Part shown: piece after piece, positions 17,509 to 27,479 of the stretch
Numbering within the stretch: the first letter of the stretch is position 1
Layout of the letters: each line of letters opens with the position of its first letter
Origin: Candidatus Kapaibacterium sp.
GTDB taxonomy: Bacteria; Bacteroidota; Ignavibacteria; Kapaibacteriales; Kapaibacteriaceae
Assembly (NCBI GenBank): GCA_044345485.1
Contig: JBIJAX010000005.1
Coordinates: 1,985-65,984 of the forward strand
Length of the DNA stretch: 64,000 bases
Direction of reading: 5' to 3'
Translations under genes and position numbers: made by a program
The notes under the pieces: model-generated
Database searches by the model: none
Seen by the model: the letters and a program-made list of their open reading frames with translations, nothing else
Told to the model about the DNA's origin: nothing

Positions 17509-20312
17509 AGCGCCTGATTGCAGTAGCGATTGGGTTGTGCTGTGTTGCCAGCATTGCAGCGGCACAGCTGCAGTACCTTGATGCCGAGCCCCCTCACAGG
17601 CCCAATGCGGTAGTAGCCGGACATCTCAAGGTGCGGCTTGCGCCGGAGTATGCGGCGAGTGCAGAGGATGCATTGGCGAAGCTTGGTTTTACGGTTGTTC
17701 GGGAGATTCTCCTTGTGCAGCAGTCTCTCCGTGCACAAGATCAAGCGCTGAGAAGAAAGAAGCCGATGCAGCTTGATGAGGCACTTGCAATTGAAGAGCG
17801 ACTATTGCGATCGTATGTAGTCACGTATCAGCATCCATCCATTCCGCCAGAGCGCATCATCGCGTCGCTACAACTAGGATGTGGTCCGGTAGAATGTGCG
17901 GCACCATGGTGTGTGATGGAACTGTGCGGCGAGCCAAACGATCCGGAAGCGTCCAAGCAGGGATTGCTGCAGCTGATTAGAGCAACTTCTGCGTGGGATG
18001 TTGAAGATGGCACAGACTCGGTAGTGATCGGTATCAGTGATAGCGGCGTACGTCAAGATCACGAGGATCTCAAAGATGCAATCTGGGTTCGTGCAACCGA
18101 GGTTCCCGGCAATGGCATCGATGATGACAGGAACGGATATGTGGATGACTACAACGGATACTCGTTCTCGGCAGAAGCCGATGGTACGGGGTTCTCCGAC
18201 ACCTATAATCCGAACAATGGTCATGGCACTAGTGTAGCAGGAACATGCGGTGCGCGCGTGAACAACAACGTTGGCATTGCCGGAGTAGCAAATTCTTGCA
18301 AGTTGTTCCCGCTGCGCACAATGCCGAATGGTACATCAGGAATCGTCTATGGGTACGAGTCCATAATGTATTGTGCAACCAATGGTGTTGATGTTGTGAA
18401 TTGCTCTTGGGGTGGCCAGTCCCGATCGTGCATCGACGAAGATGTTGTTGCCTATGCAGTGGCGCGTGGGACAGCAGTTGTAGCAGCCGCAGGAAATCAT
18501 GGTTCTCCTTCGCCGTTTTTTCCTGCATCATATCGCGGAGTGCTCTCGGTAGGCGTCGTAGATGCATCAGACAACGTTGTTCCGATGTCTGGACATGGAC
18601 CAATGGTAGATATCATGGCACCAGGTCATGGAAGTTGGAGCACAGCTAATGACGGCACGTATGCTGGATTCTGCTGCACGTCTGGGTCTGCTCCGATTGC
18701 TTCTGCTGTAGTTGCACTCGTACGTTCAAGGCATCCCGAGCTCGGACCCCGCGAGGCGTGCGCTGTTGTGCGAGCAACCGCTCGGCCATCGCCATGGGCC
18801 TTTATACCTGCCTCCATAGACACTGCACTTCTTCCGCCCGGACGTATTGATGCGCTATCTGCTGTTACTGCGGACCCGTCTCAACTTGTCTCACTTGTGC
18901 TAGATAGCGTTCTTGTGACAGGGCCCGGCAGTGAACCACGCTGGACTATTGGAGACACGATAGAAGTGCGGCTGCGATTACGCAATGAGCTTGCGCCGGT
19001 AAACGTAACGATGCTCGATAGCATACGTTTAGCTGGTCTTGGGCCACGAGGTCTAGCTCTCGTGGGCGCACCCAGCATTCCTTGCGTCATATCGGCGGTT
19101 CGTGGCGAGCACTTTGTAACCACGCCGATGAAATTTGTTGTGCGCCTTGCTACAGACACCGCAACGTTTGCACTGCTTGTAGTAAAAGGAACCAATGAAA
19201 ACGGTCAGCCATTCCGCCAGACACTTTCATGCAGCATCACGCCATCGCCCGCATACGTTACGCTAGCCAATGACCGCCTACGGATAAGTGTTGGCGATAG
19301 GGGGCGTATTGGAAACACAGACATCCAGCGAGGACAAGGAGATGGTGTTACGATTGGGTCGTTCTGTGGACAGATGTACGAGGGCGGACTTATCGTTTCT
19401 GCAAACGGCAGGGTGGTGGATAATGTGCGCACGCAGCGAGGTGTCAATGACCACTTCAGGTCAATAAAGGGCTTCATTCATCCTAGCCCTGAATTAGGAA
19501 TCATGCGCGATGTTGATGCACCGGATTCACTGCGGATAGGCGTTCAGGTAGAGCAGAGGGTAGTGCTTGATTCAGTTCGTGGACTCATGCTTATGGACGT
19601 AACGGTTACGAATGTGTCCGACACAACACTGCATGATCTTGCTGTTGGGTGGTTTTGCGATTGGGATCTTGGAAGGCAGCCGGCCGACAATATCTCCTAC
19701 ACGAAGTCTGCAGCGCAGATTGTGCAGTCAACATCATCCTCAGTGTTCGTTGCGCAATCCATCTTCTCGTCGTGGACCGATGCGCGTTATACCTTGCATG
19801 GTATGGACAACACAACAACCTATGGCGGGTTTTCACAGGTGCGTAAGGATGCGTTGCTGCGCGGTAACGAGGCGGCGTTTACTGGCGTAAATGACATTGC
19901 AACCATCGTTGGCGTGCGCTTTACTAGCCCCTTGCCACCAGGCCATATTCGAAATCTGCAGCATGTGATAGCCGTTGACACATCTGAGGCCAATGCTTTG
20001 CAATTGGTTGGCAGTCACACTAAAGCTCTGTATGCCAGTACCCAGTCTCCATGGCTGGTGGAGCCTATTCAGGAGATCTTTCCGAATCCTGCTACAGGAG
20101 TTGTTTACATCCCAGTTTCTGGGATGCAGCAGCAGTTGAGTGTTCGTGTGGTAAGCGTGCAGGGTCAAGAAATGATGCGTTGGAGCAATCAGGCAGCTGT
20201 CGGCCGAGCAGTTCTTCCGATTGATGTTTCGTATCTACCGCAGGGATGCTACTTCGTGGAAATTGCCGACGGAGTTCAGTCGCAGCATCGCAAGCTTGTG
20301 ATTCGTCGATAG
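17505..20312 (+). CDS. S8 (subtilisin-family) serine peptidase, paralogue of the upstream gene, with T9SS C-terminal sorting domain
   Basis: ATGA overlap with the upstream gene. IGISDSG, NGHGTSVAG, CTSGSAPIASA, AAGNHG. Same Asp-rich insert (GNGIDDDRNGYVDDYNGYSF). C-terminal …FPNPATGVVYIP…QGCYFVEI… . Confidence 0.85.
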   Translation: MKRLIAVAIGLCCVASIAAAQLQYLDAEPPHRPNAVVAGHLKVRLAPEYAASAEDALAKLGFTVVREILLVQQSLRAQDQALRRKKPMQLDEALAIEERLLRSYVVTYQHPSIPPERIIASLQLGCGPVECAAPWCVMELCGEPNDPEASKQGLLQLIRATSAWDVEDGTDSVVIGISDSGVRQDHEDLKDAIWVRATEVPGNGIDDDRNGYVDDYNGYSFSAEADGTGFSDTYNPNNGHGTSVAGTCGARVNNNVGIAGVANSCKLFPLRTMPNGTSGIVYGYESIMYCATNGVDVVNCSWGGQSRSCIDEDVVAYAVARGTAVVAAAGNHGSPSPFFPASYRGVLSVGVVDASDNVVPMSGHGPMVDIMAPGHGSWSTANDGTYAGFCCTSGSAPIASAVVALVRSRHPELGPREACAVVRATARPSPWAFIPASIDTALLPPGRIDALSAVTADPSQLVSLVLDSVLVTGPGSEPRWTIGDTIEVRLRLRNELAPVNVTMLDSIRLAGLGPRGLALVGAPSIPCVISAVRGEHFVTTPMKFVVRLATDTATFALLVVKGTNENGQPFRQTLSCSITPSPAYVTLANDRLRISVGDRGRIGNTDIQRGQGDGVTIGSFCGQMYEGGLIVSANGRVVDNVRTQRGVNDHFRSIKGFIHPSPELGIMRDVDAPDSLRIGVQVEQRVVLDSVRGLMLMDVTVTNVSDTTLHDLAVGWFCDWDLGRQPADNISYTKSAAQIVQSTSSSVFVAQSIFSSWTDARYTLHGMDNTTTYGGFSQVRKDALLRGNEAAFTGVNDIATIVGVRFTSPLPPGHIRNLQHVIAVDTSEANALQLVGSHTKALYASTQSPWLVEPIQEIFPNPATGVVYIPVSGMQQQLSVRVVSVQGQEMMRWSNQAAVGRAVLPIDVSYLPQGCYFVEIADGVQSQHRKLVIRR

Positions 20313-20350
20313 GAAGTGGCTCACATTCTGGATGGCCGTATCTTTGCCGC

Positions 20351-21118
20351 ATGAGTGTTCTCATCACAACGATTGTTGACGGCGTTGCAACGCTTACGCT
20401 TGATCGCGCAGAGAAGCGCAACTCGCTGAGCGTTGAGTTGATCTCTGCTCTGCATGAAGCGTTTGTTGCATGCTCGCAAGATGACGCAGTGCGTGTCGTT
20501 GTTGTGAAGGGGGCTGGCAGTGCATTCTGCGCAGGCGCTGACCTATCCTACTTGCAAAAGATTTCTGAACTGTCTCCGACAGAAAACATCGAAGACTCTA
20601 CGGCACTTAAAAACATGTTGCAGTCCATTGTTGACTGTCCAAAGCCCGTAATTGCAATGGTGCATGGTCCGGCAATCGCCGGAGGCTGCGGCCTTGCAAC
20701 GGTCTGCGATTTTGTGATTGCTGGTCGCGAAAAGGCTGTGTTTGGGTACTCAGAAGTTCGAATTGGCTTTATCCCAGCGATTGTGCTCGTGTATTTGGTG
20801 CGTAAGATCGGAGACACCCAGGCACGCAGGCTGCTTCTTAGCGCAGAGAGTATCACTGCAGACGAAGCATACAGAATTGGAATGATAACGAAGGTGGTAG
20901 AAGACGATCAGGTAGAGTCCGAGGTATATACATTAGCACAGCGTTTGGCCAAGAACAGCAGCTCTGCCATGGGGCTTACGAAGCACATGCTGAGTGCCGT
21001 CCACGGAATGTCTATGGACGCTGGCCTGCAGTATGCCACGGTAATGAACGCTCTTGCACGTCAAACTGATGACTGCAAGAACGGCATTGCTTCATTTTTG
21101 AATTCATCTAAAGGGTAA
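20351..21118 (+). CDS. Enoyl-CoA hydratase/isomerase (crotonase) family protein
   Basis: The start was moved to ATG 20351 (MSVLITTIVDGVATLTLDRAEKRN…). Crotonase motif …VVVKGAGSAFCAGADLSYL… and …GPAIAGGCGLA… . Confidence 0.85.
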   Translation: MSVLITTIVDGVATLTLDRAEKRNSLSVELISALHEAFVACSQDDAVRVVVVKGAGSAFCAGADLSYLQKISELSPTENIEDSTALKNMLQSIVDCPKPVIAMVHGPAIAGGCGLATVCDFVIAGREKAVFGYSEVRIGFIPAIVLVYLVRKIGDTQARRLLLSAESITADEAYRIGMITKVVEDDQVESEVYTLAQRLAKNSSSAMGLTKHMLSAVHGMSMDAGLQYATVMNALARQTDDCKNGIASFLNSSKG

Positions 21119-21122
21119 TCGC

Positions 21123-22037
21123 GTGGTTAGCGCTATTCGATGGAACGCTATTCTTACAGCAGTTGTCGCAATGATGGCGACATCAACAATCGTAACAGCT
21201 CAGCAGGCAAACCTTAACCTTGAAGGATTTGTTCGCGATGCCTCAACTGGAGCGCCTGTTGGAGCCAAGATCTACATCTTTACACCTTCGGGGAAAAGAA
21301 TCTCGATCAATTCCAATTCTAAGGATGGATCTTACCTGCAGACACTTGCTGAATCGGGTCCGCACAAGATCGCAATCGCCGGATACAATGTGTACCGTAA
21401 GGAAGAGGTTGTAAACATTCCAGTCTCTGAGAAGTTCAAGATCATTAAGCAAGACTTCGAGGTAAAGACCCTGGTGCAAGGATCGGAGATATCCACTACT
21501 GCGTTGGCCTTTGAGAGGAATATGGCCGCAGTGACAGACCAAGGCAACAAAGCACTGGCCGATATCTCGGCACTCCTAAAGACGAATCAAGCAATGAACA
21601 TCGTGATGTATGTGTCCGCCGATGAAGACCGTCTTGCAGCGGCTAAGGCAGCCAACGATGCCGCGCACAGAAAAGCTTATGATGCATGGCAAAAGGCCGC
21701 GAAAAAGCTAAAGAAAGGCGCCACGCCCCCTGCTGAGCCTGTTAGGCCAGCAGATCCGGAGGATCCTAACAAAACACTTATTCAAGAGCGCATTGACACA
21801 TTGAAGGCGCGGTTACGTCCGGTAAAGAATGGTGACGTACGCATAAAGTACATTCTTCAGCCGTTTCCTGTTCAACAAGTGCAGAACATTGCACCTGCAG
21901 AACCAGAGCCGGCAGTTAAGGGTGGAAAGAAAAAGTCGGCAGCTCCAAAGCCGGCTCCCACAGCAAAAGCTCCGAAGGTTGTCACAGTGCCTCAGCTCGT
22001 TGTTCGGGTTGGCATTGTGAAGGACCTGATGGACTGA
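21123..22037 (+). CDS. Secreted hypothetical protein: carboxypeptidase-regulatory-like domain, degenerate OmpA-like segment, Lys/Ala/Pro-rich tail
   Basis: GTG start with an AAGGG upstream. Signal peptide (…AVVAMMATSTIVTAQQ). …GFVRDASTGAPVGAKIYIF… . Low-complexity …KAAKKLKKGATPPAEP…GGKKKSAAPKPAPTAKAPK… . Confidence 0.5.
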   Translation: MVSAIRWNAILTAVVAMMATSTIVTAQQANLNLEGFVRDASTGAPVGAKIYIFTPSGKRISINSNSKDGSYLQTLAESGPHKIAIAGYNVYRKEEVVNIPVSEKFKIIKQDFEVKTLVQGSEISTTALAFERNMAAVTDQGNKALADISALLKTNQAMNIVMYVSADEDRLAAAKAANDAAHRKAYDAWQKAAKKLKKGATPPAEPVRPADPEDPNKTLIQERIDTLKARLRPVKNGDVRIKYILQPFPVQQVQNIAPAEPEPAVKGGKKKSAAPKPAPTAKAPKVVTVPQLVVRVGIVKDLMD

Positions 22038-22158
22038 GTGCATGTGCATAATATCCGGCCAAGGCCGTCGATTTGACGTGGTATATTTCCAGTAGTAACA
22101 GAACGGCTGGCTGTTCGTCTTTGAACATCCATCACCACGTTCAACGAGGATCTCGGCC

Positions 22159-24684
22159 ATGGAAGGCAACTTTTCAAATCGTGTTCAAGACGTTATCCGG
22201 TTGAGTCGCGAAGAGGCGCTGCGCCTCGGTCATGACTATATCGGCACCGAGCATTTACTGCTTGGAATCATTCGTGAGGGCGAAGGTATCGGCGTGAAGA
22301 TTCTGCGGAATCTTGGCGTGGATCTCAGTAAGCTCAAGCGGGCTATCGAGGATACCGTTCGCACCATGAGCGGCCCCCTGACCATCGGGAACATCCCGCT
22401 GACGAAGCAGGCTGAAAAGGTGCTCAAGATCACGTATCTCGAGGCAAAGCTCTACAAGGCCGACGTGATCGGTACGGAGCATCTGCTGCTGTCGCTCCTT
22501 CGTGATGAAGACAACATTGCGGCGCAGATTTTAGGCCAGTTCACCGTGAACTATGACAGCGTCCGGAAAGAACTGGATGCTTATCTGAGTGGGAAGTCAA
22601 CCCCTGCGCCGCAGCGCCCAGAGCGCGCTTCAGCAGGCGGACAGAGTAAGTCAAAGGGTGCTGCTGAAAAGGCAAAGACCCCTGTTCTCGACAATTTTGG
22701 TCGTGATCTTACGAAGTTGGCCGTCGAAGGAAAGTTGGATCCTGTAATCGGCCGCGAAAAGGAGATAGAGCGTGTAGCTCAAGTACTATCCCGCAGAAAG
22801 AAGAACAACCCCGTTCTCATCGGTGAGCCTGGCGTGGGCAAGACGGCCATTATTGAAGGTCTTGCTATCCGCATCATCGACAAAAAAGTATCTCGGGTAT
22901 TGTTTGACAAGAGAATTGTTACCCTAGACCTAGCGGCACTTGTTGCAGGTACGAAGTATCGTGGTCAGTTCGAAGAACGCATGAAGGCAGTCATGTCCGA
23001 GCTTGAAAAGGCAAAGGACGTAATCCTGTTCATCGACGAACTTCACACGATTGTAGGGGCAGGGGGCGCAAGCGGCTCACTTGATGCATCAAACATGTTT
23101 AAGCCGGCCCTAGCGCGGGGAGATATCCAATGCATTGGCGCCACTACGCTTGATGAGTACCGTCAGTTCATTGAAAAAGACGGCGCTCTCGACAGGCGCT
23201 TCCAAAAGATCCTCGTAGACCCGCCAACTGCCGACGAAGCGATTCAGATTCTTACGAACGTTCGAGATCGTTACGAAAAGCACCACGGTGTGCGTTTTAC
23301 AGACGAGTCGGTGCGCGCCTGTGTGATGATGGCTGACCGCTATATCACAGACAGGTTTTTGCCGGACAAAGCGCTTGACGTGATGGATGAGGCGGGGGCA
23401 CGTGTGCATCTGGCTCACATTCATGTCCCTAAAGAAGTTCTTGATCTTGAAGCTAAGATCGAAGAGGTGCGCATTCAGAAGAACTCGGTTGTAAAATCGC
23501 AGAACTTCGAAGAGGCGGCCCGTCTGCGCGACTTGGAAAAGCAGCACTTGGCAGAGTTGGAGCAGGTCAAAGAGCAATGGGAGTCTAGCGCCTCTGATGT
23601 TGCCTACGAAGTAACAGAGGAAGACGTAGCAGACGTTATAGCCATGATGACGGGCATTCCGGTAAACCGTATTGCCGAAGGTGAGACAGCAAAACTGCTC
23701 AAGATGGCAGATGAGCTTAAGTCTCAAGTGATTGGACAAGACGAGGCAGTAGAGCACTTGGCAAAGGCCATTCGCCGCGCTCGCGCGGGCTTGAAAGATC
23801 CGTCGCGTCCAATAGGTTCGTTCATGTTCTTGGGCCCTACGGGTGTTGGTAAGACAGAACTGGCCAAGGCCCTTGCACGCTATATGTTCGACAGCGAAGA
23901 AGCTCTTATCCGCATAGACATGAGCGAGTACATGGAGAAATTCTCCGTTTCACGTTTGGTGGGCGCTCCTCCTGGATACGTTGGATATGAAGAAGGTGGT
24001 CAGCTCACCGAAAAGGTGCGGCGTAAACCATACTCAATTGTGTTGCTCGATGAAATCGAAAAAGCTCATCCAGATGTCTTCAATATCCTTCTTCAAGTAT
24101 TCGATGACGGTCAGCTGACGGATGGTTTGGGCCGCCGGATCGATTTCAAGAACACGATCATCATCATGACGTCTAACGTAGGCATGCGTGATGTGAAGGC
24201 CGGCGGAAGAATCGGCTTTACGTCAGATGCAGCAGCCGACGATTATGAGAACATGAAGTCAACTGTTGAAGAGACCATGAAGCGGCTCTTCAATCCAGAG
24301 TTTCTCAACCGTATCGACGAATATGTGATCTTCCATACGCTCAAGAAAGAGCATATGATCCGGATCATCGACCTTCAGCTCAAGAGTCTTGTAAAGAGGC
24401 TCTCAACTCGCAACATTACCCTGGATCTTGGCAAGACAGCAAAAGAGTTTCTTGCAGAAAAAGGGTTCGACGAAAAGTATGGTGCCAGACCGCTCCGCCG
24501 AACAATCCAGCGGTATGTGGAGGATCCAATTGCAGAAGAAATGCTGCGAGGGGGCTTTACAGATGGTAGTGTGATCAAAGGCAAGCTCGACAAGAAGACG
24601 GGTGCCGTTGTCTTTGCAATTGCCAAGTCCAAGGCTGGTGAGTCTCTTGAAGAGCACGAAGAAGCAGAAGCACATGAAGATTAA
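22159..24684 (+). CDS. clpC: ATP-dependent Clp protease ATP-binding subunit ClpC (class III stress AAA+ chaperone)
   Basis: Two Clp_N repeats (…[16 protein letters not shown]…, …[15 protein letters not shown]…). Two Walker A motifs ([16 protein letters not shown]). UVR-like linker (…[14 protein letters not shown]…). ClpB_D2-small C-terminus. Confidence 0.92.
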   Translation: MEGNFSNRVQDVIRLSREEALRLGHDYIGTEHLLLGIIREGEGIGVKILRNLGVDLSKLKRAIEDTVRTMSGPLTIGNIPLTKQAEKVLKITYLEAKLYKADVIGTEHLLLSLLRDEDNIAAQILGQFTVNYDSVRKELDAYLSGKSTPAPQRPERASAGGQSKSKGAAEKAKTPVLDNFGRDLTKLAVEGKLDPVIGREKEIERVAQVLSRRKKNNPVLIGEPGVGKTAIIEGLAIRIIDKKVSRVLFDKRIVTLDLAALVAGTKYRGQFEERMKAVMSELEKAKDVILFIDELHTIVGAGGASGSLDASNMFKPALARGDIQCIGATTLDEYRQFIEKDGALDRRFQKILVDPPTADEAIQILTNVRDRYEKHHGVRFTDESVRACVMMADRYITDRFLPDKALDVMDEAGARVHLAHIHVPKEVLDLEAKIEEVRIQKNSVVKSQNFEEAARLRDLEKQHLAELEQVKEQWESSASDVAYEVTEEDVADVIAMMTGIPVNRIAEGETAKLLKMADELKSQVIGQDEAVEHLAKAIRRARAGLKDPSRPIGSFMFLGPTGVGKTELAKALARYMFDSEEALIRIDMSEYMEKFSVSRLVGAPPGYVGYEEGGQLTEKVRRKPYSIVLLDEIEKAHPDVFNILLQVFDDGQLTDGLGRRIDFKNTIIIMTSNVGMRDVKAGGRIGFTSDAAADDYENMKSTVEETMKRLFNPEFLNRIDEYVIFHTLKKEHMIRIIDLQLKSLVKRLSTRNITLDLGKTAKEFLAEKGFDEKYGARPLRRTIQRYVEDPIAEEMLRGGFTDGSVIKGKLDKKTGAVVFAIAKSKAGESLEEHEEAEAHED

Positions 24685-24693
24685 GTCAGAGGT

Positions 24694-25455
24694 ATGGTAG
24701 ATCCCAAGAACGAGCTTCTACGATACCTTCGTCAGCAAGAGCAGATGTATGGCAGGACGTTGTACGTTGACCACGTAGAGCGTCCTGTTCGTAGTTTGCC
24801 CCCTTCCCAACCTATGCCGGAAGTAACCGTAGCGGAGATTGCTCATGAGCAAACTCTTGTTCACGAGGTTGGATCAATCAAGGGGTTTGATGACGTGACA
24901 ACACTAGAGCAATTCCAAGCAAGAATCTGCACGTGTATGCAGTGTCCGCTAGGTGCAACCAGAACAAACTTCGTGTTTGGAAGTGGCAATCCTAACGCAG
25001 ACATCATGGTGATCGGGGAAGCGCCGGGTGCCGATGAAGACGAGCAGGGTCTGCCGTTTGTTGGCAGGGCGGGTCAGTTATTAACGAAGATCCTTGAGTC
25101 CATCGAAATGCCTCGTGAGCAGGTCTATATCTGCAATATCCTCAAGTGCCGTCCGCCCAATAACCGCAAGCCCCTTGCCTCCGAAACGGACCAGTGTGAA
25201 CCATATCTGTGGAAACAGATCGAGCTGATTAAGCCGAAGTTCATCCTTGCCTTGGGTCTTACAGCAGCCAATACGTTGCTGAAGAATAAGGAGAGCATGA
25301 CGGCTTTGCGCGGCAAAGTGCATGATTATCAGGGCATCCAGACCATCGTAACGTATCATCCGGCGGCATTGCTACGCAATCCGGATTGGAAGAAGCATAC
25401 GTGGGAAGATGTGAAGTTCCTTCGCAAGCTTTATCAGGAATCAACAGCAGTATGA
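24694..25455 (+). CDS. Uracil-DNA glycosylase, family 4
   Basis: …[50 protein letters not shown]… and …HPAALLRNP…, the diagnostic family-4 UDG motifs. Confidence 0.88.
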   Translation: MVDPKNELLRYLRQQEQMYGRTLYVDHVERPVRSLPPSQPMPEVTVAEIAHEQTLVHEVGSIKGFDDVTTLEQFQARICTCMQCPLGATRTNFVFGSGNPNADIMVIGEAPGADEDEQGLPFVGRAGQLLTKILESIEMPREQVYICNILKCRPPNNRKPLASETDQCEPYLWKQIELIKPKFILALGLTAANTLLKNKESMTALRGKVHDYQGIQTIVTYHPAALLRNPDWKKHTWEDVKFLRKLYQESTAV

Positions 25456-26474
25456 AGATAGCCGTACTTCTTGGCGGACTTAGTCCGGAGCGTAATATTT
25501 CATTACTAAGCGGACGTGCCGCTGTATTTGCACTCCGAGATCGCGGTCACACGGTGATAGCTCTTGATCCACTGCGCGGCGCTGGTGAGCCCCTTACCGA
25601 TGATGAGCTGCGGGCGGCATCAGCGCGCGAGGTTACCGATGAGGAACGAGCGAGCTTCGATCCAGCAAAGCTTCTAGCCTGCATTACATCGGCGCATTTG
25701 GACGACGTAGATGCCGTGTTTATTCTCCTGCATGGTCAGTATGGAGAAGACGGATACGTGCAGTCGCTTCTCGACATGCGTGGCATACCCTATACCGGCA
25801 GCCAGATGCTTGCCAGTGCTACAGCAATTGATAAGGGGCTTTCTAAGATGCTCTTTCAAGTTGCCGGCATACCAACAGCGCAGTGGGCAACAGTTACGCC
25901 CGATCAGTATGATGATGTCGAGCTCGTAGATTCGCTCATCAATGAGATCAACGGTGGGTTGGTAGTAAAGCCAAATGATCAGGGCTCAACGGTAGGTATG
26001 ACGATCCTCCATACACCAACGTCGGATGATCTTTCGGCGGCCATTGCGCTAGCCGGGAGGTTCTCATCAACAATCCTGATTGAGCGGTTTATCCCTGGAA
26101 GAGAGCTCACGGTGCCGGTGCTTGGGAATGAGGCGCTGCCGATCATTGAGATTGAGCCCAAGGCAGGGTATTACGATTTTGAGAACAAGTACACAAAGGG
26201 TCGAACTGAGTATCACTGTCCGGCAGAGCTGTCGGAGGAAGTGGAAGAGCACGTTAAAAATCTTGCAGTAGCTGCTCATAACGTATTGGGATGCCGTGCA
26301 TACAGCCGTGTTGACTTTCGCTTAACGGAAGACTACATGCCTGTGTGTTTGGAAGTGAATACCATTCCAGGGTTCACAGAAACGAGCTTGCTTCCAATGG
26401 CCGCTCGCGAGAATGGTATCGAATTCGGAGAGCTTTGTGAGGCAATCATGAGGGAGTCAGGAATCGACATATGA
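25452..26474 (+). CDS. ddl: D-alanine--D-alanine ligase
   Basis: The start was moved to ATG 25452 (ATGA overlap with the UDG stop): [21 protein letters not shown]… . …FILLHGQYGEDGYVQSLLD… . ATP-grasp C-terminus …LEVNTIPGFTETSLLP… . Confidence 0.9.
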   Translation: MKIAVLLGGLSPERNISLLSGRAAVFALRDRGHTVIALDPLRGAGEPLTDDELRAASAREVTDEERASFDPAKLLACITSAHLDDVDAVFILLHGQYGEDGYVQSLLDMRGIPYTGSQMLASATAIDKGLSKMLFQVAGIPTAQWATVTPDQYDDVELVDSLINEINGGLVVKPNDQGSTVGMTILHTPTSDDLSAAIALAGRFSSTILIERFIPGRELTVPVLGNEALPIIEIEPKAGYYDFENKYTKGRTEYHCPAELSEEVEEHVKNLAVAAHNVLGCRAYSRVDFRLTEDYMPVCLEVNTIPGFTETSLLPMAARENGIEFGELCEAIMRESGIDI

Positions 26475-27469
26475 AGAATATTCTGCTAACGGGTATTGGC
26501 AACGCACTTGTAGATATTGAGTACAAAGTCACTGAAGACGAGCTCCGCTCTTTCGGCGTCGAAAAGGGCTCCATGACGCTTACTGATGCTGACAGGCAGC
26601 GGGAGATGATCAGCGCACTTGACTCGCGCGATGCTCACCGCTGCAGCGGTGGATCTGCCGCGAATACGATTATCGCATTTGCGCAGTTTGGAGGCTCAAG
26701 CGCGTACTCCTCGATCCTCGGGGCCGACCACTACGGTGAGTTTTATGCGTCGGAATTCAAGGACATGGGGATTGTTCTCTCGGCGGATCTTGTGCCGGGT
26801 GGAACGACTGGCTCGTGTCTGGTGCTGATCACGCCTGATAGTGAACGCACACTTAACACAACCCTTGCAGTGAATCAGCACTTCTCTCGTGACCATGTGC
26901 GAGAGGACATCATTCAGCGTAGCCAATGGATCTACATTGAAGGATACAAGCTCACTGATGACAACGGTGTTGAGGCGGTAGATGTAGCACTGCACTATGC
27001 AAAGAAGCATGATACGCGCGTTGCGGTAAGCTGCTCTGATGGGTTCATTGTTGACGTGTTTGGAGATAGGCTGCGAGACGTCTTGAAGAGAACAGACCTT
27101 GTGTTTGCAAATGAACGCGAAGCATCGGCACTCGCCAAGGAAGAGCATGCAGATGATGCGTATCTGAAACTGTCGTCAGATTTTCCTCATGTCGTAGTAA
27201 CCAAGGGGCCAGCTGGTTCCCGTGTTCGTTGGAACGGCATAGAGGCCAGTGTGCCTGCGTATGCAGTAGAAGCCGTAGATGCAACTGGTGCTGGAGACAT
27301 GTATGCTGGAGCATTTTTGTATGGCGTGCTGAACGGACATCATCCGGAGCATGCGGCTCGGTTGGCCTCGTATGCTTCGGCCCAAGTTGTGGCTCAGTTT
27401 GGTGCGCGACTAAAGGCAAGTCATATAGATGTCCGTGATTCTATTCTGCAGTCTTCTGCTACACGATAG
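26471..27469 (+). CDS. PfkB-family carbohydrate/nucleoside kinase (adenosine kinase-like)
   Basis: ATGA overlap with the upstream gene. …GIGNALVDIEY…, …GGSAANT…, and the PfkB signature 2 …DATGAGDMYAGAFLYG… . Confidence 0.85.
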   Translation: MKNILLTGIGNALVDIEYKVTEDELRSFGVEKGSMTLTDADRQREMISALDSRDAHRCSGGSAANTIIAFAQFGGSSAYSSILGADHYGEFYASEFKDMGIVLSADLVPGGTTGSCLVLITPDSERTLNTTLAVNQHFSRDHVREDIIQRSQWIYIEGYKLTDDNGVEAVDVALHYAKKHDTRVAVSCSDGFIVDVFGDRLRDVLKRTDLVFANEREASALAKEEHADDAYLKLSSDFPHVVVTKGPAGSRVRWNGIEASVPAYAVEAVDATGAGDMYAGAFLYGVLNGHHPEHAARLASYASAQVVAQFGARLKASHIDVRDSILQSSATR

Positions 27470-27479
27470 CCAGGGGTTA

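Noticed and set aside
22038-22158. CtsR-type operator or clear promoter upstream of clpC
   Set aside because: There is no GGTCAAA-N3-GGTCAAA-like repeat. Only weak -35/-10-like strings are present (TTGACG…TAACAG, and TATATTTC as a near TAnnTTTG), which is not enough to call.
23110-23757. 215-aa ORF on the minus strand inside clpC
   Set aside because: It is a shadow ORF opposite the highly conserved AAA+ D1/linker region.
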